This document shows, piece by piece, positions 44,487 through 55,028 of a stretch of 64,000 nucleotides of DNA. The position numbers and the translations under genes were made by a program. The notes beneath the pieces are model-generated. The model saw only the letters and a list, made by a program, of their open reading frames with translations. It made no database searches and had not been told where the DNA came from. Source of the DNA: an uncultured Candidatus Obscuribacterales bacterium (GTDB taxonomy: Bacteria; Cyanobacteriota; Vampirovibrionia; Obscuribacterales; Obscuribacteraceae); NCBI GenBank assembly GCA_964615655.1, contig CAZTQO010000018.1, positions 854 through 64,853 of the forward strand, in the 5' to 3' direction. Within the stretch, counting starts at the first letter, position 1, and every line of letters begins with the position of its first letter.

Positions 44487-45629
44487 ATGGCAGGATTTGA
44501 AGAAAATCGGACTGAGTGTCCTGATGACTTGAGAATCAATGACAATCAGCAATCAGGAATTTTTGATTCAAGAGAGTTTCTAGCTGAAACTTCTTTGCTG
44601 CCGAGATCTCAAAGCACCGGCGAACAGCATCTGCCGGCTCTGGAAATCAATGAAGCTCAAAACCTTCAAAATGATCGATCGGAAAACAAACAGCTGAATC
44701 CAGGCGTTCAAAGCCCTACAGAAAATATCAGCAATATCGATCTCCCTCAGGAAAAAGACGGTGCGCAACCGGAAATTCAAAACTCTGGCTTTGTGCCGGC
44801 CCCTTCAGCTGCAGAGATCTTGCAAGGCAAGAACAATGTGATACTGATTGGTGATCTGCATGGCGCAGGAGTTGAGGATCCTGAGGGCATGGCCGCTAAG
44901 GATATGGTATCGAATATAATGGAGCAGATCAGGTCGGCAAACGACGGCGATGGTCCAAAGCCGGCACTCATACTTGAGCCAATGCCGGAGAATCTCCAGG
45001 AAAAAATCAATTCATTAGATCCGGACAATCCAGATCCAGTAATAGAAAACCAGATAAGACAGTGCTTGAAAGATTCGATCGGACCAAGCCCCAGCGACCC
45101 CGTTATTGATAGTTATCTGAATATGATCATGGAAGCCAGGAGAGCTGGTGTGGAGATAATCTGCCCGGAACCAGGTCTTCCTCAAAATCCCGAGCAATTT
45201 AACAAACAATTTTACGACCTTGCAAAAAATCCTGACTTGAAGCTGTCACTTCAGGATTATCTAAATAACTCAAATTCAGAGCAAGTACAGGCAGCAAAAG
45301 ACGCGATCAGCAAAGCACTTAAGGCTAATTTTAACAGTGATGAGCAGGTAGGGCAGTTTTTCGATGGTCTGGAACCAATGAGACATCCGCCCATTCAACT
45401 GCCCGCCTCAATGGATCCACCTGATGAATTCAATCAGGCAACAATGAGGGAATGGCGAAACGCAAGGTATGTAGATGCTATAAATCAGCAACTCAGCGAG
45501 GGGCAAAACGTTATAGTTTTTGCCGGCTTTAAGCACTTTGGGCGGCACCCGCAAGGAGAAGGAGAAACGATAGAAGAAATGCTCGAAGGCAGAAATGAAA
45601 TCAATATCTCGAATTTTGGTTTTCAATGA
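44487..45629 (+). CDS. Hypothetical protein (weak resemblance to ChaN/Tiki/erythromycin-esterase-like fold; tentative)
   Basis: 380 aa. Disordered N-terminus. VILIGDLHG ... ALILEP ... VIVFAGFKHFG resemble the GE.H ... E ... G.H pattern of that superfamily. Not verifiable here. Confidence 0.3.
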   Translation: MAGFEENRTECPDDLRINDNQQSGIFDSREFLAETSLLPRSQSTGEQHLPALEINEAQNLQNDRSENKQLNPGVQSPTENISNIDLPQEKDGAQPEIQNSGFVPAPSAAEILQGKNNVILIGDLHGAGVEDPEGMAAKDMVSNIMEQIRSANDGDGPKPALILEPMPENLQEKINSLDPDNPDPVIENQIRQCLKDSIGPSPSDPVIDSYLNMIMEARRAGVEIICPEPGLPQNPEQFNKQFYDLAKNPDLKLSLQDYLNNSNSEQVQAAKDAISKALKANFNSDEQVGQFFDGLEPMRHPPIQLPASMDPPDEFNQATMREWRNARYVDAINQQLSEGQNVIVFAGFKHFGRHPQGEGETIEEMLEGRNEINISNFGFQ

Positions 45630-45938
45630 TAGATTGCCAGGCGCAGGCTAGCTGCTTTGAGTTTCACAATCGCTGGTCAAAACAACTGCTTAGCTGCCGT
45701 AGACATTCAGGCTAGCGATCGAAAATGATGGTAAGATTCTAACACAAATTCTCTGCACATTGATTATGACCCTGACCAGCATTGAATCTATAATCTCAGC
45801 ACTCAACCGCCATAGTCCAATAATTCCTGTCAATGCATTGGAGTTTGCTGATTCAACAAAACGGCAGGAAGGAAATCGCCGCCCGTGCCAAAGACCTGGA
45901 AGACATTGTCAGATCATCGAAGAGTAGTTGTTGTAAAC

Positions 45939-47276
45939 ATGACAGATCCGACCTTTGAAGCAGTAGAAACTGCCATGGACCAGATGATAAATGAGTTTGT
46001 GGCCGAAGAGAAATTCATGGGTTGCGTTCTTGTTTCAAAGGGTGACAATACCCTGCTGAAAAAACCATACGGCTTTGCCAATTTAGAGTGGGAGATTCCC
46101 AACTCAGTCAATACAAAGTTTCAAATTGCTTCTGTCACCAAGCAGTTTACAGCAGCGGCAATTCTTCTCTTGCAAGATCGGGGCAAGCTAAATATTGATG
46201 ATCTTGTTATGAAGCACCTGCCTGACTCACCAGCTTGCTGGGACAAGATCACAATATTCAATTTACTTACGCACACTGCCGGCATATACAACTACAATGA
46301 CGATGACATTGACGATTATTTTAAGCCAATGAGAAAAGCTGCCTGTACTCCGGCAGATGTGATGGAATTATTCGTAAACAAGCCGCTTGAGTTTGAACCC
46401 GGAGAGAAGATTGCCTACTCAAATTCAGGATTTGTTGTTCTGGGCAGAATAATCGAGAAAATAAGCGGTCAGAGTTACGCTAAGTTTCTACAAGAGAATA
46501 TATTTGAACCGCTGGGTATGAAAGATTCAGGTAATGATTCACGTGACGAGATAATCAAGCGCCGTGCCTCCGGCTATGCCGTGATCGATGGCGAACTGGT
46601 TAATACCGATTTGTTCGACATTGCTGTGTGTTTTGCGGGCGGTTCTCTTTACTCTTCTGTGGAAGACCTGCTCAAATGGCAAAAAGGACTGGTGGAAGGC
46701 AAAGTTTTGAGCGATGACTCTTTTAAGAAGATGATAAGTCCGTTTAAGGAAAACTATGCTTTTGGGCTGACAGTGACCGCTGAAAATGGCAGGAAAGTAA
46801 TTAAACACAAGGGGAAAAATCCCGGCTTCAAGAGTGTTTTGTCTTACTATCCGTCTGACCAGCTGACTATTGTTGTTTTGAGCAATAATGAACACGGTGC
46901 AGCGACTTTTGAAATCGGCAGATTGGCAGCAGCCATAGCCCGCGACGAAAGGATTACCTTGCCCTCTCAGAGAAAAGCGATTGAGCTACCTTCGGAGACC
47001 TTAATTAAATACATGGGTGAATACAATTTGGAGCGCGATGATAAGATTCTTGCAATTATTCCGCTTGGTGAAACACTTATGGCATGGACGAAAAATCCGC
47101 AAGAAAAATCATCGCCAGTCCAAGATACGTACTGGCTTGCCGCAGAGAGTGACTGCCTTTTCTTTTCCAGAGATCGGCCAGGCATAGAAATCGAGTTTTT
47201 AAAAAATGAAAAGGATGAAGTGAGCCATCTAGTATTGCATCAGGGCAACAAGACGTTGAAAGCTGAGCGACACTAA
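45939..47276 (+). CDS. Serine hydrolase of the class C beta-lactamase/PBP4-like family
   Basis: FQIASVTKQFTA (SxxK), YSNSGF (YxN), plus a C-terminal extra domain. Start taken at ATG 45939 (track start 45885). Confidence 0.8.
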   Translation: MTDPTFEAVETAMDQMINEFVAEEKFMGCVLVSKGDNTLLKKPYGFANLEWEIPNSVNTKFQIASVTKQFTAAAILLLQDRGKLNIDDLVMKHLPDSPACWDKITIFNLLTHTAGIYNYNDDDIDDYFKPMRKAACTPADVMELFVNKPLEFEPGEKIAYSNSGFVVLGRIIEKISGQSYAKFLQENIFEPLGMKDSGNDSRDEIIKRRASGYAVIDGELVNTDLFDIAVCFAGGSLYSSVEDLLKWQKGLVEGKVLSDDSFKKMISPFKENYAFGLTVTAENGRKVIKHKGKNPGFKSVLSYYPSDQLTIVVLSNNEHGAATFEIGRLAAAIARDERITLPSQRKAIELPSETLIKYMGEYNLERDDKILAIIPLGETLMAWTKNPQEKSSPVQDTYWLAAESDCLFFSRDRPGIEIEFLKNEKDEVSHLVLHQGNKTLKAERH

Positions 47277-47332
47277 TCGCATTTCAAACATTCGTTTCTT
47301 TGCTGGTCTTTTAGTTGTAGAAGCAAAACAGG

Positions 47333-47369
47333 CCGGACAGCAATTTCAGCAACTGGAATCGCTGTCCGG
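47333..47369. terminator. Hairpin between convergent genes (CCGGACAGC-(19 nt)-GCTGTCCGG)
   Basis: Perfect 9-bp stem. No clear U tract on either side. Confidence 0.45.
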
Positions 47370-47389
47370 TCGAGAATAGCTTAACTCCT

Positions 47390-48481
47390 CTACTTTAATC
47401 CAAGAATTACGCACTGAGTTGCAGTGTTGTATGTCATTGTGCCGTCTGCATTCATGGTTGGTTCGTTTGGTGCACCAGGCGGAATCTGTTCCGGCTCTTT
47501 GCCTGGTTCATCCTCCCACCATTCAGGAACACCGTCGCCGTTGCTGTCTCGTTTGTCTAAGACACGCCCGCTTGTGGGATCCTCATATCTGACTACTTCG
47601 CCCTTATCGTTTGTAAAACTTGCTATGCCGGTTTCCGGATTGATGCTTACCTGCACAGGGCCGTCATGTCCCTGAACGCCCTTTGGCAGATCATAAATTA
47701 GATTTCCGTTTGCATCCTGATGGACATTTTGTGGCAAGTTTTCCGGATTTACAGTTCCATCAGCACCGCGCACACCGGGAAGGTCCTCCGGTTCAAACGC
47801 ACCATCCTTATCTTTATCGAGATAGGGTTGGAAGCCCGGTGCATCGCTTGTTATATCAGTAGGAACTCCGCCAGGCCTGTCACTGTAAATCGATGTGTTG
47901 TATTTGTCGTACTCTTTGATTTCGATCCCGTCTTGGGTAATGGAAAGATCACCAATTCTTCCGGCTTGCGGATTATTTGGATCCATTATGTCCATCTGCA
48001 GATTGCCGTTGCCATGAAATCTTGCAGAGCCTGGAATGACGTTGTCATACGTTTGTGTAGTGTTTTCCTTTTCTGCTGCCTTTGGATTATGTCCTGGGTG
48101 TGTTGAGTTGACAACTACACTTCCATCAGTTCTTGTTTCATAAGACACCGAGTTACCATGATTATCATGGCTTTCGCCACTGCTTTTATCCGGCGCTTGA
48201 TTAGATTGAACTTCATACGGCGGAGCATCAGGACCCGGCTGGTTGCTATTATCATTGGACGAATCATCAGAACCAGCATTAACAATTTCCATTGGCGGCA
48301 ATCCGGTTACGCCCTGTGCGAAATTAGCGCGGCTGTCGAATGAATTGAATGCTTGACGAGTTTCCTCAGGATTATTTCTGTAAAGGTCTTGGACTTGCTG
48401 TGAAAAATATTGACTTTCAGTGTTTGTTTGAACTTCATTTTGAGTGAACACGTCCGATGTTTCGGGACTGTCTTGCGCCAT
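47390..48481 (-). CDS. Hypothetical protein with DxDxDG-type (thrombospondin-3/Ca-binding-like) motifs
   Basis: 363 aa. Disordered S/N/D-rich N-terminus. DKDKDGAFEPED and DSNGDGVPEWWED. No signal peptide. Confidence 0.5.
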   Translation of the reverse strand: MAQDSPETSDVFTQNEVQTNTESQYFSQQVQDLYRNNPEETRQAFNSFDSRANFAQGVTGLPPMEIVNAGSDDSSNDNSNQPGPDAPPYEVQSNQAPDKSSGESHDNHGNSVSYETRTDGSVVVNSTHPGHNPKAAEKENTTQTYDNVIPGSARFHGNGNLQMDIMDPNNPQAGRIGDLSITQDGIEIKEYDKYNTSIYSDRPGGVPTDITSDAPGFQPYLDKDKDGAFEPEDLPGVRGADGTVNPENLPQNVHQDANGNLIYDLPKGVQGHDGPVQVSINPETGIASFTNDKGEVVRYEDPTSGRVLDKRDSNGDGVPEWWEDEPGKEPEQIPPGAPNEPTMNADGTMTYNTATQCVILGLK

Positions 48482-48685
48482 GGTTCTATTCCTCTTGGTA
48501 AAAATACTGAGCAGACAAATTCAAACGATCTTCAGCCTTATTAGGAAGAGTTTATCTGGCAGCATCGAACAAAGTCCGTACGGAATTGTGTCAATTATGT
48601 TTATGACCAGGATACTTTTCTTGGCTCAGGCATCCAGCAGCCTGAGAACCGTAGAATGATCGATGGCCAACAAGAAAATGGAGAG

Positions 48686-50122
48686 TTATAAAAGAACATC
48701 TACAATATCCACTTCTTCAATTTGCTCAAGCCTTGCTTCTGTCGAACAAGTGATTTGAGCCCAGATCTCACTTTGAAGCGCGCCTTTAAGAAATTCAGAC
48801 ATTGCAGAGGTCTGAGTTGTAGGCTCCATATTCTCAAGCAAAGCCAGATGCTCCTTCATGATCTGTTTTAGCCGTTCGTCCGGACGGCTCAGTTGCATTT
48901 TTACGGCATAGCGATAACAGCTGTCGGCAAAGCCGTCAAACTTCAGGACTCTAAATAGCCGTGCAAGTTGGGTAACTCGTGCAAATACATCGTTTATGCC
49001 GGTGCTCAGCTGGCCTACTGCGTCTTCAATTTCAACATGCAAGCTGCTTGCTGAAATTCGCTGTTTGCGTTCTTCTGCAATTTCGGCCATGCGGCAGAGT
49101 ATGGGAACTCTCATGAAGGCGCGCTTGTCGAACTCAAGCTCAATTCCAACCAGGGCATGGCGGAAGCTCTTTAATGCCTGATCATAATCGCCACTTTCAA
49201 AAGCTCTCAATCCAGTGTCGAAGGGCTGAAATACACCGAGCCGAATTTTTACAGCTCGCCCTAGAATTTCGCTTGATCCCTGCTCGACTAAATCGGCTTC
49301 AAGAAAGCGTCCTTGTTTCCTGTATACGCTGGCCAGTCTGGTTAGCGCGTCTGTGTGAGCAGCTAAATCATAGTCAGGCAAATTTCTCATGAGCTCGAGT
49401 GCCAGCAAGAATGAGTCTTCCGCATCAGCAAAATTGCGTTGATCTGAATAGCACATGTCAAGAGCCGTGTGCGTACTTATCAGCTGGGGGTGGCTGCGTC
49501 CAAACACCTGCTCTTTTAGCTTCAAAGCACGTGTAAATGCAATAACTGCTCTGTCAATTCTATGCTGGTCGTACATTATATTTGCCAGCTCTTCAAGCAC
49601 CGCAGCCTGCAAATCCAGGCGCTCTTCCATAAAGCGAGCGACATCATAGGCTTGCTTGATACAGGTTTTTGAGCGCTCATATTTGTAGCTGCTGCGGTAA
49701 ACTCTCGAAACCGTACAAAGTGTTTCGACGAATTCGTCAATTGCTTCATCCCCGGCCGATTCGCATCTGATAACTGCAGCACGCAGATGTTTGATTGCTT
49801 CGTCCGGTTTTCGCAGATTGTAAAAGCAGAGCCCCAGTCTTCTTTCAAGAGTAATTTGAAAGAGACATTCTGTTTTCTGACTGTTGAAAATAGCCGCTAG
49901 TTCGTTTAGAGTCCGCAGTTCTTCCTCGTGCTTTTTTTCACGCATGTAAAGGTCGCTCAGCTGTTTCAATGCTTCAATAACAGCACCGGTCGCCCTGGAC
50001 TCTCGTGCAAGCGCCGCTGCCCGTTTGTAAAATTGAACTGCTTCTGCCAGTTCGGATATTTGTGCAATTGAAATCAGTTCGTTGTATTTTTTCTGCTGGA
50101 AGTTCAATTCTGGTTGAAGCAT
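48686..50122 (-). CDS. TPR-repeat protein
   Basis: 478 aa of repeated 34-aa helical hairpins (A..Y...L.......A...). Start overlaps the ABC gene stop by 1 nt (TAATG). Confidence 0.7.
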   Translation of the reverse strand: MLQPELNFQQKKYNELISIAQISELAEAVQFYKRAAALARESRATGAVIEALKQLSDLYMREKKHEEELRTLNELAAIFNSQKTECLFQITLERRLGLCFYNLRKPDEAIKHLRAAVIRCESAGDEAIDEFVETLCTVSRVYRSSYKYERSKTCIKQAYDVARFMEERLDLQAAVLEELANIMYDQHRIDRAVIAFTRALKLKEQVFGRSHPQLISTHTALDMCYSDQRNFADAEDSFLLALELMRNLPDYDLAAHTDALTRLASVYRKQGRFLEADLVEQGSSEILGRAVKIRLGVFQPFDTGLRAFESGDYDQALKSFRHALVGIELEFDKRAFMRVPILCRMAEIAEERKQRISASSLHVEIEDAVGQLSTGINDVFARVTQLARLFRVLKFDGFADSCYRYAVKMQLSRPDERLKQIMKEHLALLENMEPTTQTSAMSEFLKGALQSEIWAQITCSTEARLEQIEEVDIVDVLL

Positions 50123-52239
50123 TATTTATAGCGCTCCGCTTGTAAGTTGTAGAGTTGAGAATAGCTGCCAGCACTGGAAATGAGTTTTTCGTGCGAGCCC
50201 TCTTCAATGATTTTTCCGTGCTCAAGCACGAGGATTTTGTCGGCAATACGCACTGTAGAAAATCGGTGTGTAATAAGCAAAGCCATTGTATCGGTCGTTA
50301 GATCATGAAATTTTGAATAGACGTCAGCTTCAGATTGCACATCGAGCGAGGCTGTCGGCTCGTCTAGAATCAACAACTGGGCTCGGCCCGAGATGTTGGA
50401 GCTATTTGCGCCATTCTTTGCTGAACGCATAAAAGCCCTGGACAGCGCAATTTTTTGCCACTCGCCGCCGGAGAGCTCAACTCCCACGGCGTCATTTTCG
50501 AAGGCTTTCCCAAGTATGGTGTCATATCCTCGTGGCAGCTTTGCGACAACGGGGGCTGCGCCTCCAAGCTCAGCCGCCGCTTTTACTGCTTCTTTATTAT
50601 TCAGTTCTTTGAGATTGCCGATGCCGATATTCTCATGAACATTGAGCTGAAAGCGGCAGTAGTCCTGAAAAACAACAGCCATTTGCAAGCGCCATACAGC
50701 AGGGTCTATTTTAGTTATGTCGATACCATCGATTAAAATCTCGCCCGAGCTGGGCTCGTACAAGCGCGAGAGGAGCTTTACTATCGTTGTTTTGCCGGCT
50801 CCATTTTCTCCAACCAGTGCTACTGTTTGTTGCGGTTCAATTGTAAAAGAAACGCTGTCTAAAATGAGCCTGTCTGAATCCGGGTATTTAAAAGAAACAT
50901 TGCGAAATTCAATGCCTGTTTGAAGCGGCAGCTTAAGCGGAATACTGTTGCCTGTTTTCAGCGCTTTTATGGCAGGCTCGATTTCCATGAATTCGAAGAG
51001 CTCGACTACATAAAGAGCGTGTCTGTATAATTCAGCAAGAAGAAAGGCGAATTCACCGAGTTGATATTCAATCTGGCCAATGGCACCCATATACATAGCA
51101 AGGCTGCCGATTGAAATGCGACCAAGAACCGCCTCGTATACTGTGTAAGCATAACTGCAGATCGTTCCTGTTGCAGAAAGTATTGCAAGCGAGGATTGCC
51201 GAAACAGGTGTTTTCTCTGTATTTTGCTTCTTCCGTCAAGGAACTGTTCGAACACATGCTGGTAACGGTCTTTGAAGTATTGACCCAGTCCGAATAAACG
51301 TACTTCCTTGCCGTCAAGATTGTTGGTGAGTACGCGCATGTAATAGCGCATCTTACGAACTTCCGGAACTTCGCCAAGTAATATCGCCCAGTATTCATAA
51401 ATATGTTTGACATGAATTACGATTTTGGGAGTAGCAAAGAAAACAATTGCAATTAGCAGAATAAAATTCAAACTTGCAAGCATGATGCTTAAGCTTAAGA
51501 ATGTAATTCCAACCTGAATAAGTCGTGCTGTTGTGAGCAGGAGCTCGATGGGCCTGTAATTACCATCGTTTCGCAAGTGCTCAAGCTTGTCGTAAAATTT
51601 TGGATTTTCGAGAACTGCTATGTCTACTGCACTGTTTGCTTTATCCATGATCATCAAATCGATCTTGCCCTTAAGCCGGTCGCTCATGTGCCGGCGGCAA
51701 TAATCAGTGATTGGCTGCGAGACTTGCTGAAAAAACCAGGAAATGGCCAGAACAGCAAAGGCGAGGATAACATCTGCTGGAAGCTGGCTAACAGAAAAAG
51801 AGCCTGAACTTACCCTGTGCAGCTCTGCGATCGCAGGAATGGCATCAACCAGCGTTTTGATTATCCAGAATGACGCAACCCAGGTAAGTCCCGAGAGGAT
51901 CTGCATTACAAGATAAAACGATGCAAGTCCGGGATCGGCAGACCATACCAGTTGCAAAATGCGCGGAAGCTGCTTTGTTGTATTGATGAAGTCATAAAAG
52001 CTTTTGATTTTTTTTGCTTCAAAAGGCTTTTTCTCTTCAACTTTGTCGTTAGTGGAATACACGCACGTGTTTTCGAGCGTTTCTGGGCCTTTTGTTGAAG
52101 CTTGATTCTGATCTTCAGCTGCTTGCATGCTGAGATCCACTCCCGGCTTTGTATTCTGTTGCTTATCTCCGGGAGCCGATGACCGAGATTGCGCTGCCTG
52201 CTGCTCAGTCACCATTGTTTTATGCCCCCTGCCCGACAA
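50122..52239 (-). CDS. ABC exporter, fused permease and ATPase (type I exporter, MsbA/ABCB-like), with a ~100-aa disordered N-terminal extension
   Basis: Six TM helices, then GENGAGKTT (Walker A), LSGGEWQKIALSRA (signature) and LLILDEPTASLD (Walker B). No C39 peptidase domain. Confidence 0.85.
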   Translation of the reverse strand: MSGRGHKTMVTEQQAAQSRSSAPGDKQQNTKPGVDLSMQAAEDQNQASTKGPETLENTCVYSTNDKVEEKKPFEAKKIKSFYDFINTTKQLPRILQLVWSADPGLASFYLVMQILSGLTWVASFWIIKTLVDAIPAIAELHRVSSGSFSVSQLPADVILAFAVLAISWFFQQVSQPITDYCRRHMSDRLKGKIDLMIMDKANSAVDIAVLENPKFYDKLEHLRNDGNYRPIELLLTTARLIQVGITFLSLSIMLASLNFILLIAIVFFATPKIVIHVKHIYEYWAILLGEVPEVRKMRYYMRVLTNNLDGKEVRLFGLGQYFKDRYQHVFEQFLDGRSKIQRKHLFRQSSLAILSATGTICSYAYTVYEAVLGRISIGSLAMYMGAIGQIEYQLGEFAFLLAELYRHALYVVELFEFMEIEPAIKALKTGNSIPLKLPLQTGIEFRNVSFKYPDSDRLILDSVSFTIEPQQTVALVGENGAGKTTIVKLLSRLYEPSSGEILIDGIDITKIDPAVWRLQMAVVFQDYCRFQLNVHENIGIGNLKELNNKEAVKAAAELGGAAPVVAKLPRGYDTILGKAFENDAVGVELSGGEWQKIALSRAFMRSAKNGANSSNISGRAQLLILDEPTASLDVQSEADVYSKFHDLTTDTMALLITHRFSTVRIADKILVLEHGKIIEEGSHEKLISSAGSYSQLYNLQAERYK

Positions 52240-52364
52240 AGAAACATCGACAACAACAGTATAGATTAAGCGTCATTAAGGTATCCGATCAAAGTTGTGA
52301 ATATTTCGTGTAAGAAATGTAGGATGAGGCGGTTTAATCCTTGATTCCCTGAGAGGCTGTAAAA

Positions 52365-53420
52365 ATGGCAACAAGCGTAGTTGGCCAGCTCAAAAAAATT
52401 GCCGAAAGTCAGCTTGTACAGCCAGGCTGCATCAAGCTTGAGGCTGGGAAGGAAACTGATAGGGAATTTCAGGAGCAGCTAAGTTCTTCAATCAGCTATC
52501 TTGCTTCGGCAAAAACTCAGGAAGAGCTCGAGCAGGATCCCTACTGGCCAAAATGGGACGGTCCCTGGTGGCACATGCTTTTGCTTTTTGAAATCGGCCT
52601 TGCAGATAGAATTCCGAAGCAAGCTGTCGATAAGCTGGTTTCAGCCATGAACAGTCATTACCTTGAGTTTTTTCCTTTTTATGAATCTGAAATTCCAGAT
52701 GGAAAAGACGCGGTCAGAAATATTGCCTGCCACTGCCAGCTTGCCCTGGTCAAGCAAGTTCTGTTTGCGGCCGGAGTAGATCTAGATTCAAGGCTCCCCT
52801 GGCTCAGACCCTGGTTTTTGAAGTATCAGTTGGCCGACGGCGGGCTCAACTGTGACGAGTCTGCATATAGCAAGAAAGACGGCAAAAGCTCTATTGTGTC
52901 GACTCTGCCGGCGCTGGAGGCCGTTTTGCATGCAAGCCCGGACTCACATTCAGAAATGGAAATCCAATTTCTTGAAGCAGGAGCAGCTTATTTGATCGAT
53001 CGTAAACTCAAGCGAAGAAAAAGCAATCCGGAGCTTTTGATAAGCGCGGAATTTGAAAAGCTCTGCTTCCCACGCTTTTACCACTATGATGAACTTCGTG
53101 GTTTGAACCTGCTTCTTGACTGGGCGCTGCTTTGCAAAAAAACGCTGCCTGCAGACGCGATTCAAGAAACTGTGATTTCAATACATTCAAGATTCGGCGA
53201 CGGTCTCTTGCATCCTGAAAGAAAGCCCCTTGAAGGGGCTAGTTCTCTCTGGCGCTGCCAAAACAGCGACGGCTGGTATCGGGCTCCGGCGAAATCTTTT
53301 CCATTGCTTGATAAACTCAGCGCTCAAAAAGCCTTTTCGCCATATCTAAGCAGCAAATGGCATGATGCCTGTGAGAAACTGCATTTGCTTTCCGTATCCG
53401 GTCTCTTAAAAGAAGGCTGA
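52365..53420 (+). CDS. Hypothetical protein (possible alpha/alpha-toroid, prenyltransferase/terpene-cyclase-like repeats; tentative)
   Basis: 351 aa. PYWPKWDGPWWHMLLL, YQLADGGLNCDE (Q..DGG-type repeat), QNSDGWY. Confidence 0.4.
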   Translation: MATSVVGQLKKIAESQLVQPGCIKLEAGKETDREFQEQLSSSISYLASAKTQEELEQDPYWPKWDGPWWHMLLLFEIGLADRIPKQAVDKLVSAMNSHYLEFFPFYESEIPDGKDAVRNIACHCQLALVKQVLFAAGVDLDSRLPWLRPWFLKYQLADGGLNCDESAYSKKDGKSSIVSTLPALEAVLHASPDSHSEMEIQFLEAGAAYLIDRKLKRRKSNPELLISAEFEKLCFPRFYHYDELRGLNLLLDWALLCKKTLPADAIQETVISIHSRFGDGLLHPERKPLEGASSLWRCQNSDGWYRAPAKSFPLLDKLSAQKAFSPYLSSKWHDACEKLHLLSVSGLLKEG

Positions 53421-53480
53421 CAATTAATCAAAATTCTACAGTATGATTATGACCTTACGTTTACTCCCTGAGCATACGAC

Positions 53481-54332
53481 ATGACCAGAAAAAACTGCAG
53501 TACTTTTTTATCGCTGATTTCTTACTTGCTGCCAGTGATTTTTCTAACTGTGGCTAACCCTCAGCCAGGCAAAGGAGCAGATGCCGCACCGGGCGTATTG
53601 CAAGGATTTGCAGAACAACATAGTGATCGCATGGCTCCGGTAGAACCACAGTTTCAAGTTGGTGCCGTTTTTAACCAGGAAGCAGTTCCGCAACTGGAAC
53701 CGAATAATGAATGGTACTGGATTCCTTCGTGGTATGCGGGGCAGAAGCATGCCGATACTGCAACTGTTTTGCAGGACTATAATTTTCAAACCGGGCAAAG
53801 CGTCCAATCAAATCGTGTTATAACAAACCGCCAGGATCTTTCAATCGGATTTCAGCCTGATCGCAATGGACAGATCTGGGAGTTTAAGCGGGCGCCGTAC
53901 ACGGCAATTGTCGAGGGTGACGGGTTTTTCACCACGATGATGGTTCGGAATCGTGACCCAATTAAAGTTACTGAAGATTGCGTAATCATCCGCCTTGTTC
54001 AAACTTCGGTGAATGTGGATAAGCGATCGCGTCGAATTCTCAAGACCCTGCAGGAAGAACAAATCAATACTTACACGCCTGGCACAGCAGGCAGCATGAA
54101 TCTTCAAGCATCACTCAAAACATTCGGGGCAGACGGCATGCCTCAGCTTCAGGAACTCAGTTGCCGAGTCGTTAAAAATGCCGGATCTTTTAAGCCCATC
54201 GACATTTACCAGGGCCGAGACATGCGCATGCTCTTTCGTAACTTTCTTCTTACCCATGGCTATGCCAGTTACCTCCCGGATAATCTGAAGCCAGAAAATC
54301 CAGGAACAGAACCGCAGTCGAGCCAGAATTGA
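53481..54332 (+). CDS. Hypothetical secreted protein
   Basis: 283 aa. Signal-like N-terminus (FLSLISYLLPVIFLTVA). No domain recognised. Confidence 0.5.
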   Translation: MTRKNCSTFLSLISYLLPVIFLTVANPQPGKGADAAPGVLQGFAEQHSDRMAPVEPQFQVGAVFNQEAVPQLEPNNEWYWIPSWYAGQKHADTATVLQDYNFQTGQSVQSNRVITNRQDLSIGFQPDRNGQIWEFKRAPYTAIVEGDGFFTTMMVRNRDPIKVTEDCVIIRLVQTSVNVDKRSRRILKTLQEEQINTYTPGTAGSMNLQASLKTFGADGMPQLQELSCRVVKNAGSFKPIDIYQGRDMRMLFRNFLLTHGYASYLPDNLKPENPGTEPQSSQN

Positions 54333-54341
54333 CTATGATGG

Positions 54342-54923
54342 TCATCGCAACTGGTCCAGAATCGAGCGGGTGAGTCCTTTCTTGTAGATATCTGTAAATG
54401 CAAGAACATTTATGAACGAGGTGTTGTCTGCTGCAAACATGGCTTTCATTTCTTCCAGCGTTTTTAAACCTGTCTGGTTGCTACCGATATGTAAGAGTGA
54501 GATCTTTAGCCTGGCTTTGTGCTTTGTCGAAATTGTCTGGAGATTTTCGATTGCATTACGGAATTCAAGACGATTGTTTGGAAGGTCCGGGGGAACTTGT
54601 GCAGTAGCTGGATTGCCGTGACCCCCGCTGACAGGCTTTGGAAATACTGGCGAACTGTCAATATTTTCACGAGCTTGAGCAATACCTCCCATTGCCAAAA
54701 GATGAAGGTCATTGAGTTCGCCTTTCAGTTCTTGCTTCAGCTGCGCAGGTACCTGACTTAGCACACGGCTTTGCTCGGAGTGCAACTGGAAATAGCCAGT
54801 TTTTTTGCTTGGCCCTGACTTAGTGCCGGGCTTAGGCCTTCTGCAAAAAGCAGCAGGTTTAATGCAACAGATAATGAGCCAGTATTTGAAAAAATGCGCA
54901 TTAAGATACTCCCCTGAAAGCAA
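54342..54923 (-). CDS. Hypothetical protein (start uncertain)
   Basis: 193-aa ORF convergent with the previous gene. No domain or convincing RBS identified. Confidence 0.35.
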   Translation of the reverse strand: MLSGEYLNAHFFKYWLIICCIKPAAFCRRPKPGTKSGPSKKTGYFQLHSEQSRVLSQVPAQLKQELKGELNDLHLLAMGGIAQARENIDSSPVFPKPVSGGHGNPATAQVPPDLPNNRLEFRNAIENLQTISTKHKARLKISLLHIGSNQTGLKTLEEMKAMFAADNTSFINVLAFTDIYKKGLTRSILDQLR

Positions 54924-55028
54924 ATGCCCAACAAAGGTTCGAATTTATTTTGAACAAGTACTTGACCCCGAATCCTTAGATGTTACTTGACAAGCCCTCC
55001 GTCCTAAACAGGAAAAACCCTGATTGCT

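Noticed and set aside
2921-45712. Recurrent (C)GCTAGC(T)/GCGCTA motif in intergenic regions (for example 2925, 3061, 3108, 4777, 10797, 13507, 15363, 45648, 45706)
   Set aside because: I counted about 9 GCTAGC hexamers, which is not above the roughly 15 expected for a 6-mer palindrome in 64 kb. Their confinement to non-coding DNA is explained by general CTAG/TAG avoidance in coding frames. I cannot show enrichment without a genome-wide count.
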